From Sphaerodactylus townsendi (Eukaryota): a stretch of 64,000 bases of DNA. Location: positions 109,864,001 through 109,928,000 of the forward strand of contig NC_059428.1 in the NCBI RefSeq assembly GCF_021028975.2, given 5' to 3'. The notes below the pieces were generated by a model. That model was not told the DNA's origin. It was given only the letters and a program-made list of their open reading frames with translations, and searched no databases. The translations under genes and the position numbers were made by a program. Positions 13,210 through 26,281 of the stretch are shown one piece after another (the stretch's first letter is position 1; each line of letters begins with the position of its first letter).

Positions 13210-14913
13210 TAACTGTATTTAATTTATTTTAGCTCTTTTTGTACCTCCTCTCTACCCAGCTCAGGGTTCTCCATGCAGCAAATGTTAAAGACGATTGGGG
13301 AAGTAAATGGCAAACCATCAAGTAAAAAAGCCAGTCTGTCTAGTAAACATTGTCATGAGATGTCACCCCATGAATCAGTAATTGCACAGAGGTACTTGCA
13401 CAGAGGACTACTTTTATCTTTACCTTTTTAGATGGAACAAGACTGATGTAATATGGCCTCTGTACCTTTGCTGTCTTCTGGTTTAAGGGGCTCAGGGATG
13501 TCAGATGGGGGGTGCAATGTCAGGGCTTGCCCTGGGCACCATTTTCTGTAGATACACCCCTGGCAACAGGCCACGGATGGCCTTCTTCCCCCCAGAGAAG
13601 CTGCCAAAGATGTTGAGCAGCCAGAACACACACACACTCTCCTTCCTTCCAATACCCTTTCATATTGCTAAAACAGATCCGTAAACTGGTTTACTTTTAC
13701 TCAGTCATGTTTTTACAGTGTGTTTACATTGTTAGAAGTGGTTTCGGATTTGTAATAGACCTAATACCAAGAAAGAGGTGTGTCTGAGTGTGGGGGACAC
13801 TAGAATGTTGTCTGGGAGTCCAGGGGGATAGCCCAAAAAAGTTTGGGAATCACTGATTTAAACAATGTGTTTCAGGTCCTGCAGTCTGAAAGCATACTAT
13901 GTTTACAAAAATCTTACATGCTGCTGCTAAATAGCAGTTACATTCAGAACTCATTGTTCAGGAAATCAGCAAGAACTGAAGCATTTTCCAGGAGTTTAAT
14001 TAGGTGGCAAAACAAGTTAAATTATTAGTTAATAAAATGAGGAATCCCATTTTTAACATTTGCTCTTGTCTGCATCAAACAGCAAACACATACACAATCT
14101 GACACCAGACGAACTAAAATGCTATCAAAAATCTCAGAGCTTCTCACATGCCTTTCACCTAGCTTCCCAGAATCCTTCCTGCAAACAACTGAATAAGTGT
14201 TAAACCTATCAACCAAACTGCTGAACTTCTAATTCTGAATGCAGAACAACATTCTTTAGAAAAGACTGAGTATTGGATCCTACCACCTAATATGTCCACT
14301 GTTGGAAGAAAGAAGGTAATTTCCCCAATTCCTCACTCCCACTGGTGACCTGTAACTCTCTCTCTCACAGTTGCTGAGGGTCTTACCCTCCCAGAAGTAC
14401 ATCAGGGTATATTTTAGGCTACAGCAGGAGTGGAAAGGTAAGATCCTTTTGCACTGCTGACAGAAACACTTCTAACAGTGAAATTTTTCAGCAGGCACCA
14501 AGCTTAATAGAGCAATCCTGTGCAGCTACTGAGAATCAGTAGGCTTGCATGGCAGTAGGTCTGCACAAGACAGCCATACAAAACAGGACAATCAGAATGA
14601 AGGTAACAAAATGTATGAGATCAGAGATTTGCAAAATCTAGGCATCCAGCTATGTAAAAGAAAAGCAGCTTTCTGGTTTCAATTGCAAGGGAAAAAAGAA
14701 AATTAACAAAAAAGAAAAGAGCAATGCAATGTGCTTATTTCAACTGTCTTTTTACAATTAAAATCAAGATTTAATGTTATAGTACTTGTTTCATGTAATA
14801 ATATTTCTATTTAAAATGAACTCTAAATATTACAGAAGCATGTTGAAGGCTATATTTCTCAACTCTTATAGAATTCACCACCAAAACATTATAAGAAAAA
14901 GAACTTGACTTAC

Positions 14914-14987
14914 GTCTCGTGAGGCTGCTATCTGATTAATATACTCTCCATCAGTGAAAAGGATGTTCTGTCCTTCAGTCTGGCAAT
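14914..14987 (-). CDS. MYCBP2: MYCBP2 exon 9 (DCQTEGQNILFTDGEYINQIAASRD)
   Basis: 74 nt, ACAG| acceptor, GAC|GTAAGT donor. Confidence 0.96.
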
Positions 14988-17129
14988 CTGTGTAGAACAA
15001 CCAGTGTCAACTCACATCGGGCAATACTTCACCCTCCAACTTTACAAAATTCATTCATAATCATAAGTGAAGTTCCCAAAAGAAAATAAATTTATAGGAT
15101 GAAAATGAATATACAGAAAATATGCCAACATAATAGCTGTGTTTTAGCCTTTTATAGCAAAACCCAAGAATCTTATGGTGCCTAAAACGTGTTTGATCTC
15201 GTTAAAGTGCATAGACTTGCTTAGCATATAGAAGTGGCTTCAGGGCTGATCAACCTTCACTAATACTTCATAACATAACATAGGATCCAGATCTCTGAAA
15301 TTACTGCTTTAAACTACATTGCATGTTTAAAAAATACATACTTCAATTACCCCACACATGTTTACCAAGGAATCCCTTCCAAGAAGGCAAAAGTATCAAT
15401 AATAAACAATGTATTTCCAAGGATAATATTCCAGTAACCATAATACATACTTTAGTAACATACTGCAGGACACAATGAAATAATATACAGCTCATACATA
15501 TATATTTTTCTAGATTTCAGGTAACAATGTTAAGTAGTAACAGTTTGATGTGGGAATTATACTAGCTGTAATTTGTACAGACATAAAATATAATCACTGG
15601 ATTTCTTTGTGTACAAACTGAACCTAGAATAATATAAGAACATATTAAGCTACCATATACTGAGTTGGTACCCTTGTCTGCCACAGTCAGTCTTGCCTCC
15701 TCTGACTGGCAGTGGGTCACCGGGGTCTCTGCTGGGTGGGCGTCTTTTGCATCACCTGCTACAGCACCTCATGCTTTTAACTGAGCATGTTGAGGATTGA
15801 ACCTGCAACCTTCTGCATGAAGAGAAGGTACTCTCCCATGAGCCCCTCTTTACCTAGAGATATATTTGTATTACAATATTGTACATCTATATTACCAATT
15901 TATAACTGTTAATACCTGAACTCTAAAAATGTATGTGCTACTAAAATAGTAGCTTCTATGTTAAACATTAGGAGGACCATACACAGTCAAAGGAGGTCAA
16001 CTGCAGCCACCACCTTTTGGGGTTCTTCCTCAGTAATGTGTTTTGGAAACCAAAATGTTGCTGTTAAGAGCATCAAGCCCAGTGGCCACCAATGTGCCAA
16101 GTAACCACCACACACAATTTTCATGTTCACAGACTGCTACTTGGATCTCTAAGACACTCTAGGCCTTAGTACAGCAGCATTGCTAACAAACCTCCCATAC
16201 AGGACAGGACAGAAGGCTGTCTGCTCAATCCTGAACACATTCCTCCACCAGGAAACCTCTCCTCCTCTCTCCCTCAACCTGCTCTCATGCTTGATGCCTA
16301 AAACTCCTACATGGTACAATTCTCCCCTCCCTCATTAAATTCTCCAGTGTCATGATGGCAGCATACGAGACCATTTTTGCCCATTCTCTGCTCAAGTGCC
16401 CAACATGAGCTCTTGAGACTTCGGCAGAGACAGTGGGGCTCTGCTTATTCCTGGTGTATCTAGCCTGGTACAACCCATGTCTCTCCCTACACTCCCTTTT
16501 GTCTCTCCCTACACTCCCTTTTGTTTGCTGCACACCAACATCTTCACTGCTCTAATACCTACATGGCTGCACATTACAAAATATCTGACTGCAACAGCCA
16601 AGGGATCTGTGAAGCAACTGACAGTAGTGTCTTTCCAAAATTACTGTGTCACAAGGCACACCTCTCTGTGTGGCTGAGCGCACTTCACTGGGAGAAAATA
16701 AAAGGAGTATTCAGTGCTGTGCTCCCCAGTCAACAACATGCTGCAGTTGCTTTACTCTGTGTCAACTTTAACTAGATCGAGATTGGGACACGACACCTTT
16801 GATCCTTCATTACAGCATTCCACAACACCTACAGCACAGGTCCCATTCTGTCACATAAAAACTGCTGCCCCACTGTCAGTTACATGATGCATTTCTAGGT
16901 GCTGGGATTCCATATACTAACTACATAGGTGGCAGAAGCATTTATATAATGCAGTGGTCCGTGGCAGCAGAAGGCAAGTGTCATCTCTGGAATTTCATAC
17001 AAACTTGGACTTCAGAGAAATGGGATTATTCATAAAAGATTGATCATACCATGTTTCTTCCTTCTCTCCCTGGTTTAAGTCAGCAGAATACGTCACTTAA
17101 TGATGTGTTATATTTTCTGTTATGTAATA

Positions 17130-17637
17130 GCATTTTCTATTGCTATGTATGGGTGTGAAAGCTGGACAATGAAGAATGCTGACAAGAATAAAGTAGATTC
17201 CTTTGAATTGTAGTGTCGGAAGAGAGTGTAGTGGATACTGTGGACAATCAAAAAAGACTAATAAAGGGGTTCTAGATCAAATCAAGCCTCACCTGTCCCT
17301 AGAAGCTAAAATGGCTAAACTGAGGCTACTGTACTTTGGTCACATTATGACAATACTACTCAAAAAAAGGGAGGGGGAAAGGGATATGGGCACAGTAAAA
17401 ATCCACCACATTCTCTTCTCCCGCATTATGACAAGAGTAACTGGAAAGACAACAGAAGTTAAAGGCAGCAGGAAAAAAGGAAGGCGCAACATGAGATGCA
17501 TTGATTCTATAAAGAAAGCCATTGCCCTCAGTTTGCAAGATCTTAGCAAGGCTGTTAATGATAGAATGTTTTGGAGGACATTGATTCACAGGATCACCAT
17601 GAGTCAGAAGAAACTTGATGGCCGTTTATACACACAC
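17130..17637 (+). mobile_element. RTE/Bov-B-like LINE 3' fragment
   Basis: YGCESWT-like start, LEAKMAKLRLLYFGHIM, 3' end ATGAGTCAGAAGAAACTTGATGGC with a (CA)n tail. Confidence 0.85.
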
Positions 17638-17830
17638 AATGCCTTAAAGTCCAAGGTTCATTTAAAAGGATATGCTCTTGTAAGTCAGTCAGGAATGAGA
17701 AATGTTCTCTGATTCAGCTGCTTCTAAAAGGCTAGCGAAAATTACATTGGACAGGTCTGCCAGTCTTCCCATTAAAGAACCCCATAGAAAGGAGTATTGC
17801 TTATCTCCTTGCCAATCTACTTTCCCGTAC

Positions 17831-17927
17831 CTGGCAAAGTTACTGTGCCATCTTGCTCCAAGGATTCAGGATTTATTCTTATGGCTGTCATGCTGTGATT
17901 GTTCACATCTCTATATAACAAGTAACC
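17831..17927 (-). CDS. MYCBP2: MYCBP2 exon 8 (GYLLYRDVNNHSMTAIRINPESLEQDGTVTLP)
   Basis: 97 nt, AACAG| acceptor, CAG|GTACGG donor. Confidence 0.96.
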
Positions 17928-18858
17928 CTGTTAAAAAGAAAATATAACCACACAAGTTTTAGAACTGCGCTGGCTGTATTTTGAAACTGACTTTTAAAAC
18001 CTTTAATTAATCTCTGATCATGCAGAGCATGCATAAACATGCATTTATGCCCATTCTACCTTTTAATAAACTACTTAAGCTATGAGCTAACACCAAAGAC
18101 AATTCTGACGGCTTAATATATCCACAAGTGGTACCGTAATATCCCCATGTATTTCTGTGTATTGGAAATGCAACATATTGCAACAACCATTTCATGAAAT
18201 GGCTTAGATCTGCCAAAACTGTTCACTTTATTTATAGCTCATGGCAGAATGGTTTTCATCAGTGGAGTGGAACTTTTTCATCTTCCCCTCCCTTTGCAGT
18301 CCAAAACACCCCCTGATATTCTGTTCCTGGAAGGCACAAAACCTCCAAGGAATGAAAGGGAAATCACATGGGAGTGGGGAATTGTTGAAAACCATCCACC
18401 TTCTGCCCATGGAAACACTCCATGGAATCTGATCCCATGGGAAGAGTTGTAAGGGCAAATATGCATACTAGAATACTAAGAACATTTAAATGTAGCTATA
18501 AACCATAACTACCAGTTGCCTTTAAAGGACTCCTTGCCAGAAGGAAAGAGACACCAGTAATCTTCTATGACCTTCTATTCTGCAACATTCCACACCGTCT
18601 CCCCCACTCTCCATATAGTAGCTACCAGGACTCTGATGCTGCATGTACAGTTAAGCACCAGAGTACAGAAGAATGGCCAAGAGCAATGATATCCGAGTCA
18701 TAAAATTAAAAAGCAGGAAGAGCTAAGGCAACAACAGTTTCTTTACATGTACACCAAAATAATTAGAAAGTTATATACATGGTTTTGTTCCATGTTTTAC
18801 TGTAGGTTGGTTCAGTGCAAAATTAATCCCTCTGTATTGATTAAAAAATTTCTCCTAC

Positions 18859-18930
18859 CTGAGCATAACCCAACCATGACTTTTTCTCTTTTCTGTTTTT
18901 GATGCGTGATGTAGAGTTGTATATATGACC
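18859..18930 (-). CDS. MYCBP2: MYCBP2 exon 7 (GHIYNSTSRIKNRKEKKSWLGYAQ)
   Basis: 72 nt, ACAG| acceptor, CAG|GTAGGA donor. Confidence 0.96.
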
Positions 18931-19048
18931 CTGTAATGTAGAAGAACAACTAGTATGACAACTGTTCTAATGAAAAAAATCTGCACAATACAGGTTTTAT
19001 TATCATTTTTAAAAAATTTAATCGACTTCAATCCAAGTTCAAATTTAC

Positions 19049-19291
19049 CCTGACTGTTCCACTGTATCCTGAACCAATTTTGTAAAGACCGTCTTTGCAT
19101 AATAAATACAGGAAGTAACCATCGCTCTGAAGGAGACACTGGTCATCTTCATCCACAGAAATGTCCTTGAATGACCACTTGTGCATTAGGGCTGCTTTCT
19201 TAATTCCATTGCTAAACCAATCTTGAATTTGTATTTTGCCCACCAAAACTGCCTGAACACTCCTCTGCAGAGAATTTAAGATAGTTGGCAC
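19049..19291 (-). CDS. MYCBP2: MYCBP2 exon 6 (VPTILNSLQRSVQAVLVGK...GSGYSGTVR)
   Basis: 243 nt, matches ORF 19028..19291; TTTAG| acceptor, AGG|GTAAAT donor. Confidence 0.97.
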
Positions 19292-21041
19292 CTAAAGGAA
19301 GAAAGCATAATATACAATTGTCAGTTATTAGAAATGTTCAACTACCAACATTACGCAAGAAAAAATCTAGAACAATTACCATAAAGTCAGTAGCTGTCTA
19401 CACATTTAGTCTGATAGTCAGAGTCAACATCTTACAGATTAATGTAAAATTTATTTTATCGAGTGTAAGAAAGAGAGGTTGCAACTTGGTCAGTACCATG
19501 GGCTGCATTTGTGTGCTACAAGCTTCTATCCTTACTGAAAATTAAGGTTAGAGGCCCAATGGAATGTACCACCATTCATTTTCCCTTTCCCAAAATATTA
19601 TTCTTAATTATTCTGATGACAAACTACATTTTTTCCTACAAGGCGGTGCTGAATTTTTCAACGGTTTCCTAAAAGGGAAATAAATACACTTCCTAATAGT
19701 GCTGTCAATTGTAAAACTGGAAGTCATTCCCAAAGTCATTCGTGTTTCAAATTTAAAGTGATTTAAATTAGTTCTCACAATCAGCGAGAACATTTCCTGC
19801 AGAGGTGGCGTGCTCACTGGGACATGGAGGGTCACAGGTCCCTGGGTGCACTCCAGCTGGTCACGTGGGGGGGGGGGGCGAAGAATCGCCACGGCGCCCC
19901 TCCCCTTGGGCCCACCCTGCCAGGCTACTCCTTCAGCCAGTGGAGCCACTGCCAGCTGAAAGAGCAGCCTGGTGGGACAGGGCCGAGGGGTGGCCTGTAG
20001 CAGGTTCCCGCAGGCTAAAGTAAGTGGGCTGCGCCGGGGGGAGGGAGGGGCGGCAGCTGGACCAGGTATTGCCCTGGTCGCCTCTGATTTCTTGCTAGGT
20101 ATGCATGAGCATGTAGTGTTACTAAGGTAATGCTACAGTCTGAAAATCTTCTAGAGAAAATCCATGTAGAGTTGTATATGCAAGATAGATGTAAAAGGGT
20201 TGCTGCTTCAGCTCCTGTAATATTTGAAGGGGAACTTTGGGGGGTGAGGGAACGTGCGAGCTTCAGACTGCCTACAGCTTTGCATATATCCCTAATATGA
20301 TTTCTTCGTTGCAGAAAAAAGTACGAATAGCAGGAATGAAAAACAAGCACGTGTATCCCCAAAAAGGTCTTCTCGTGCTATTTACAGCAGCTCTTGGAAT
20401 CTGAAGAACTATGACTTTCAGACAGAAAAATCCCAAACAAGGGAAATGAACAGAAAAGTCCAAATTCATTATAGCTTCCAGAAAGTTTTAGGCATGCTGA
20501 AGGCATAAGAATTTAAGGCTTTTTTTTTTGTTCCCTCTGAACAGCACACCCCTTGCCTTAAATTGCTTATCAAAACTTTCCTCAGTTTCATGCCATTGGA
20601 TGAAGAACACTGTTGGATGAAGAACACAAGTTCCAAGTTCCCTTGGGTCATAGAACTACTTGTGCAGTTCTTTGGATTGAGGCTAGAGTGCCTCAGCCCA
20701 GGATTTCAAACCAGATATTACAACATTTTTCAAAAACGGACTCAGATCTTTCATTTGGAATAGTCTCAGAATAAGATGACATGTGACCTGTCAATTTTTA
20801 GGGCATCTGTTATGTTCATGAAAATAACAAAGCTATATTTAAGCCAATTACACTGAACTCAGCTACACTATCTGTGGACTTTTGTCTCATGATACTTCCA
20901 GCATATCCCTTAACTTCTAAAATTGTCCACCATGGATTTATCAAGCAGCAAGCAACAAATGAACAGGAAATTCCAGTTACTAGGGATACAAGCATTCTTC
21001 CAAAATAACATGGCAACCAAGGAGTCGTTTTATCAAAACAC

Positions 21042-21238
21042 CTGAATAGTCTGACAAGCATGGCTTCCATTATTGGTGAGAATAGCAGAGATTGCTTGAA
21101 GCGTTCTTCCCGTTTCACCCCATGCAGCTACCAGACTGAAGAGGCAGGCGCATGAAAGTGCTGTCAAAGACTGGCCTGTGCTGTCACTCATTCCAGTACT
21201 TCGAACGGTTATTTCTAGAAGAAGCTGGAACAGAGACT
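21042..21238 (-). CDS. MYCBP2: MYCBP2 exon 5 (ESLFQLLLEITVRSTG...NNGSHACQTIQ)
   Basis: 197 nt, TTCAG| acceptor, CAG|GTGTTT donor; restores phase 0. Confidence 0.95.
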
Positions 21239-22284
21239 CTGAAGATAAAACAAAAAGTTACTTATGCAATGTAAGATTGCTGCTGAGTAACAATAACTAA
21301 CTAGCACAAAGAAATGCCCACTGATAAATTCCAAGACAGAAGTTTTATTAGAGAAGTGAAAGCAATGACAGGGCAAAACATCAATATTGGTAATGTTGCC
21401 CTGCAGGAATTACTAAGTGTTTTCCACCAGACTAACCCCTAATTAAATTTGGAAGAAGTAAACAAACACCCAAACAACAATATAAGCTCTACACTTCAAC
21501 AGAAACTATTCATAAACTCTTCAACCCCCTAAACAAAGCAATACTCAATGAGTAAAATATATGAAAGTAAGAGCAGTGTTGTGGTCTATGTAAACACCCT
21601 CGGCCTCCTTAGCAAAGTGTGATTCATAGCACTGCATTAAGAAATGCTCTCTCACACCATACTCAGGCTATATCTCCTTACTATTTAGGCAGTAGGAAAC
21701 AGTTGCACCACAACAGTTAATTGCAGTAGTAAGAGATACAACTCTGGAGTTGTTACGTCATCCTGAAGCCATGTCTTTTATTTTGTTACGTATAAACATA
21801 CTGACAGAAAACTATTCATCTCCATGAAACAAGTAGTACAACTGAGTACTATGCTAGTAATGTTCTGACTATAACAGAGATGCACTTTTGTTTGCTCTCC
21901 ATATGAATCATGTTCTATAGCGTTTTATTTGGCCTAAACATCTTCCTTTGGGAGCAACAAGGCAGTAACTTATCTGCATTCCTGGATGTTTCTCTTGTGT
22001 CTGTCAGATTATTTGCATTTGGTTTCCCTCTGCCCACCTCCACAATTCAGATGGATAATAATATAATCCAAATAATTGCCAGGGTCAGGGCTGAGAGTAT
22101 GTGACTGGCCCAAGGTCATCTAACAAGATTCCATGGCAGAGTGGGGATTCGTACCTGGATTTCCCAGCACTTAGTCCAACAACTACTATACCGCGCTGGC
22201 TACCAATGTTAAAAATCAGTATCTTTTAATTACCATTATTAATGAAAAGAATTTTCGAAGACATTACATGCAATACTGTTGTTT

Positions 22285-22730
22285 GCAACTGGCTGTTAAG
22301 ACCCTCTTTGGACCCTCTGGTGTTGGGCAATTATCACCCAGTGGCCAACATCCCATTTTTGGGGAAGGTCCTGGAGATGGTGGCAGTGGCTCAACAGCAG
22401 GCTTACTTGGAAGAAACTGATTTTCTGATTTTTGAGCTTCAGGTGATGGCGGTGGCCACGAGGACCTTCCAGCAGCGCCGTCTGATTCACAAGTTCTGCC
22501 TGTTTTAGGACAAAGGGGACCTGGCCACAGGGTTACACGATACGGTAACCTCTCGACTGGACTACTGTAATTCTCTCTATGTGGGGATGCCCTTGAAACA
22601 GTCCGGAAGCTGGAGGTGGTGCAGCATGCAGCAATTAGGCTGTGAGCTGATACATCTGGCCAGATACACATCACGGCAGTCCTTAAGGAACTGCATAGGC
22701 TCCTGGGCCCAGTTCAAGGTGTTGATGTAA
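22285..22730 (+). mobile_element. L2 LINE fragment
   Basis: NYHPVANIPFLGKVLE and VTSRLDYCNSL motifs. Confidence 0.8.
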
Positions 22731-22831
22731 TGTGATTTTTATTGTTATAATTATTATATTTTATCCATTATGTTTTTACATTATTGTTTTTCAGCCACCT
22801 AGTATGAGCCAGGGTGTAAATATCATAAATA

Positions 22832-23869
22832 CCATATATACTCGTGTATAAGTCGACCCGCATATAAGTCGAGGCACCTAATTTTACCACAAAAAACTGG
22901 GAAAACTTATTGACTCTCGTATAAGTCGAGGGTGGGAAATGCAGCAGCTACTGGTAAATTTCAAAAATAAAAATAGATGCCAATAAAATTACATCAATTG
23001 AGGCATCAGTAGGTTAAATGTTTTTGAATATTTATTTCAAAGAAAAACAGTAAACTGGCTCTGTAAGTGGAAAAGAGGGTCAACATGGACTGCTGTGTCT
23101 TGCGGGTTTGTATTGGATGTGTTTCGCTGTATTGGTTTGTTTTGTAGCTGCGGTGTTCTTTTAACATGCCAATAAAGGCTTTCTGTACTCTGAAGAGGGT
23201 CAACAAGAACAATATGGTATCAACAATAACTTTAAAAGTACAAAAACCTTAGCTCAAACAGCAACCAAGCTAAAACATAAGAGTTAAAATCCTTCAAAAC
23301 TGGATTCCTCATCATCATCTGTATGTCCAAATGTAACCCAACTTAGATTTTAAGAGGGATATTATCAGAAATGGAAAATCTACTATTAGATTCCATTCAT
23401 GAAGCAATGGGGGATGGGGCATCGCCTTAGAGGGTCCAATAACTTTGGATCCCCTGACCCAAACTTCCTGAAACCTGGCTGGTATCCATAAAGAGACTCT
23501 CCTGATAGGACCAGGTAGGTTTGATGAAGTTATTCGAAGAATCCCAAAAGTTATGGATCCCCTCAAAATTAGCCAAATCTCACTAACAACTCCATTATTG
23601 AAAACAATGGGGAGTGGGGGCACCTCCTTTGGGGGTCCATAACTTTGGACCCCCTGAGCCAAACTTTACCAAATTTGGCTGGTATCATCAGGAGCGTCTT
23701 CTGAGGGTACCCTGAAATTTTGGTGCCGCTAGCATAAAAACTGCGCCCCCTGCTGGTTGGCAAAGTAAAAACACAAAAAAAAATTTAATGACCCGCACAT
23801 AAGTCGAGGGGAGCTTTTTCAGCATTAAAAATGTGCTGAAAAATTCGACTTATACATGAGTATATACGG
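22832..23869. mobile_element. Non-autonomous Tc1/mariner-superfamily (Tc2/pogo-like) DNA transposon
   Basis: TIRs CCATATATACTCG / TGAGTATATACGG flanked by TA; subterminal TATAAGTCGA repeats. Confidence 0.85.
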
Positions 23870-24174
23870 TAAATAAACATGATAAATAAAACAATTAAAT
23901 AAACATGATCTGAAAAATGCAGCACATGCTTTAACTTTTCAACTCTATCTTCACCAATTCCTCTCCTTGCTACAGCTCCATTAGCTTTCGATCATGTAGG
24001 TTCCAGGATGCCCAGCATAACCTTTTTGTGTTGTCAAAGGGAGACCTGTTCTCCCTTTTTTGTCAGCAGAAAAGGTGGTTGGATCCACACCACTATTTGA
24101 AAAACTTGGAAGTGGTTTGAAAGAGAATCATATAAATCAAAGAACACTACCGAGAGAATCATATAAACCATTAC

Positions 24175-24328
24175 CGAGAACTTCAGGAGGTTCTGACTGG
24201 AGACCTTCTGGTTGCTGGCCCTGAAGCACATTAAGAAGAGCTTGCAGACTTCTTAGACAGAGAGATGGATGAGAAAACCTTGTCTCTTTGATAAGCTCAA
24301 AGACTTCACATAATCCAACTTCAATGAT
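24175..24328 (-). CDS. MYCBP2: MYCBP2 exon 4 (IIEVGLCEVFELIKETRFSHPSLCLRSLQALL...EPPEVL)
   Basis: 154 nt, CTCTCTCTAG| acceptor, TCG|GTAATG donor; translated by hand. Confidence 0.96.
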
Positions 24329-24442
24329 CTAGAGAGAGATGTACTATTATACAAGGATGCTTTGACTTCTGTACTGTAGAACATTATGAAGAACATTATT
24401 TCATCAGCATAGCAGCTTGAAGGACTGTCCTGGCATGCTTAC

Positions 24443-24658
24443 CTTTGGAAGCTTGATAGGGGGCTCTTTAGCCTCCTCCTCTTCATCACTATCTGAATCG
24501 CCACTCTGCACAGCATTTTTGGAAGCCAAAGCTAAAGAAGTTACCCTTTTTTGCCACTCTAGAACACAATGCCGCACGTTGCAGTAGACGTTGAATGCTG
24601 AGGGGTTACTGTGTAGTTTGATATCAGGTATGGTTACCATACTATCCAGGTTTTCACC
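24443..24658 (-). CDS. MYCBP2: MYCBP2 exon 3 (GENLDSMVTIPDIKLHSNPSAFN...EPPIKLPK)
   Basis: 216 nt, CAG| acceptor and AAG|GTAAGC donor; inside ORF 24404..24676. Confidence 0.96.
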
Positions 24659-24729
24659 CTGACAAAAATAAGACATTCTGTTTCAGTCATCAGTTCAGCA
24701 AAATCTTCCTGTTCTATTTTAATGTTGCA

Positions 24730-24745
24730 GGGTGGGTGGGTGGGT

Positions 24746-24776
<31 letters not shown>
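24730..24776 (+). repeat. (GGGT)n(GT)n microsatellite
   Basis: Read directly. Confidence 0.95.
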
Positions 24777-25966
24777 GTTTTGCTGTCGAGTCCCAGGGTT
24801 TCCAAGGCAAAAGACATTCAGAGGTGGTTTGCCACTGATTACTTCTGTGTGAGCTGAGAGAGTTCTGAGAGAACTGTAACTGGCCCACGATGACCCAACA
24901 GGTTTCATGTGGAGAATTGAACCCCATTCTCCAGATTAGAGTCCCCCACTCTTAACCACTGCACTCTCATTAATAGATAAATACTGAGACACATTCATGC
25001 ACTGCTTTAGGAATAAGTAGTTTCCCTTTTAACTCAAAGGGGGTAGGTAGCAAAAAAACCAGACCAAATTCAAGGTCAGGTTTACAACTGAACACAATCA
25101 CAATCTTCAGCATGCACAAAGAATGTAAAATTGCGGGCCTTGTGGGACCTTGGTGAATTCCGCAGGGCCTGTAAAACGGTTTTGTTCCACCGGGCTTTTG
25201 GTGAGGCCGGCTGTGGATTCCCCCCTCCAGGATGCCCCTGTGTTGCGTGCCATTCCATCATTGGCATGCCAATATAACATCTAATTTACACTGCTGCCCC
25301 CGACCGGCCTTGGGATCGAGCATCACACTTTTATAATCTTGTTGTACTGTATTGTACTGTATTGATGCTGCTAGGTTTTATGAAATCTGTAAATTGCTTT
25401 TAACTTAATTTATTTTATTTTATTGTGTGTAATGTAGTTTTTAGCCTATTGTGCGCAATACTGTTTTGGCCTGGTGTACACCGCCCAGAGCCCTCTTGAT
25501 ATTTATATTATATATAAATAAATAAATAAAATTGGGGGTTTATCTAATACTGCTGTAATAAGTCTACCATTGGTGGGAGCTGGACACCATCCACAGCAGT
25601 GAGAGAAGATTTTCTTAGTTAGCTTCCCTGCAGGAATCACTTATGAATTTACAGACGCAGGGATGCCAAGCTATAACACAGCAGGAGCTCACTCATTAAA
25701 TTGGATTCACAGCCAGTTTCTCCAGGGACATGGCACCAAAAAGACTGGCGTCAAACAGCTCCAGCAGCTTTTAATTAAGGGTAAAAAGGATGCCAAGCTG
25801 CTACTACTGTCCACCTTTGAGCCCTTCCCTTCCCTGCCACTTCCAATGCTGTTACAGGGCCTGTGACTGTAAAGGTGAACTTATAGAAACCAGAATTTAA
25901 GTGGAAATTGTACTTGCAAAATACTGTTACACTAGTGTTTAAGTATGTCAAATATGCATTCTAAGC

Positions 25967-26281
25967 CAGGCATGTCAAACATGTGACCTGAGGGCCAGAT
26001 CTGACCCCTTGAGAGTGCTTCTCAGGCCCGTGAGCCAGTTGAGGCAACACTTCCCTACACTCCTATTCTGACCTGGCAAGCAAGCAAAGGGGGGATTGCC
26101 TCAGCTGGCTCGTGGGCCTGATAAACCCTCTCAAGGCAGCTACCCCACTCTGCTGAGAGCTAGCTGGTCCAGACACCTCCCCCCCACCCCCGGTGCCATT
26201 TTGGGACCAGTCAAGGCAGCCACACTCTTGCCCCAGACCAACCAAGTCTGGTGCTCATAACAACTGAGTGCGACACCCCTG
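25967..26281. mobile_element. hAT-type MITE (same family as 6822-7108)
   Basis: CAGGCATGTCAAAC...CGACACCCCTG ends; TSD TTCTAAGC/TTCTAAAC; internal similarity to 6822-7108. Confidence 0.85.

Noticed and set aside
20015-20469. Possible extra or poison exon of MYCBP2 in intron 5
   Set aside because: Exons 5 and 6 already join in frame with known protein, and I found no convincing acceptor/donor pair.
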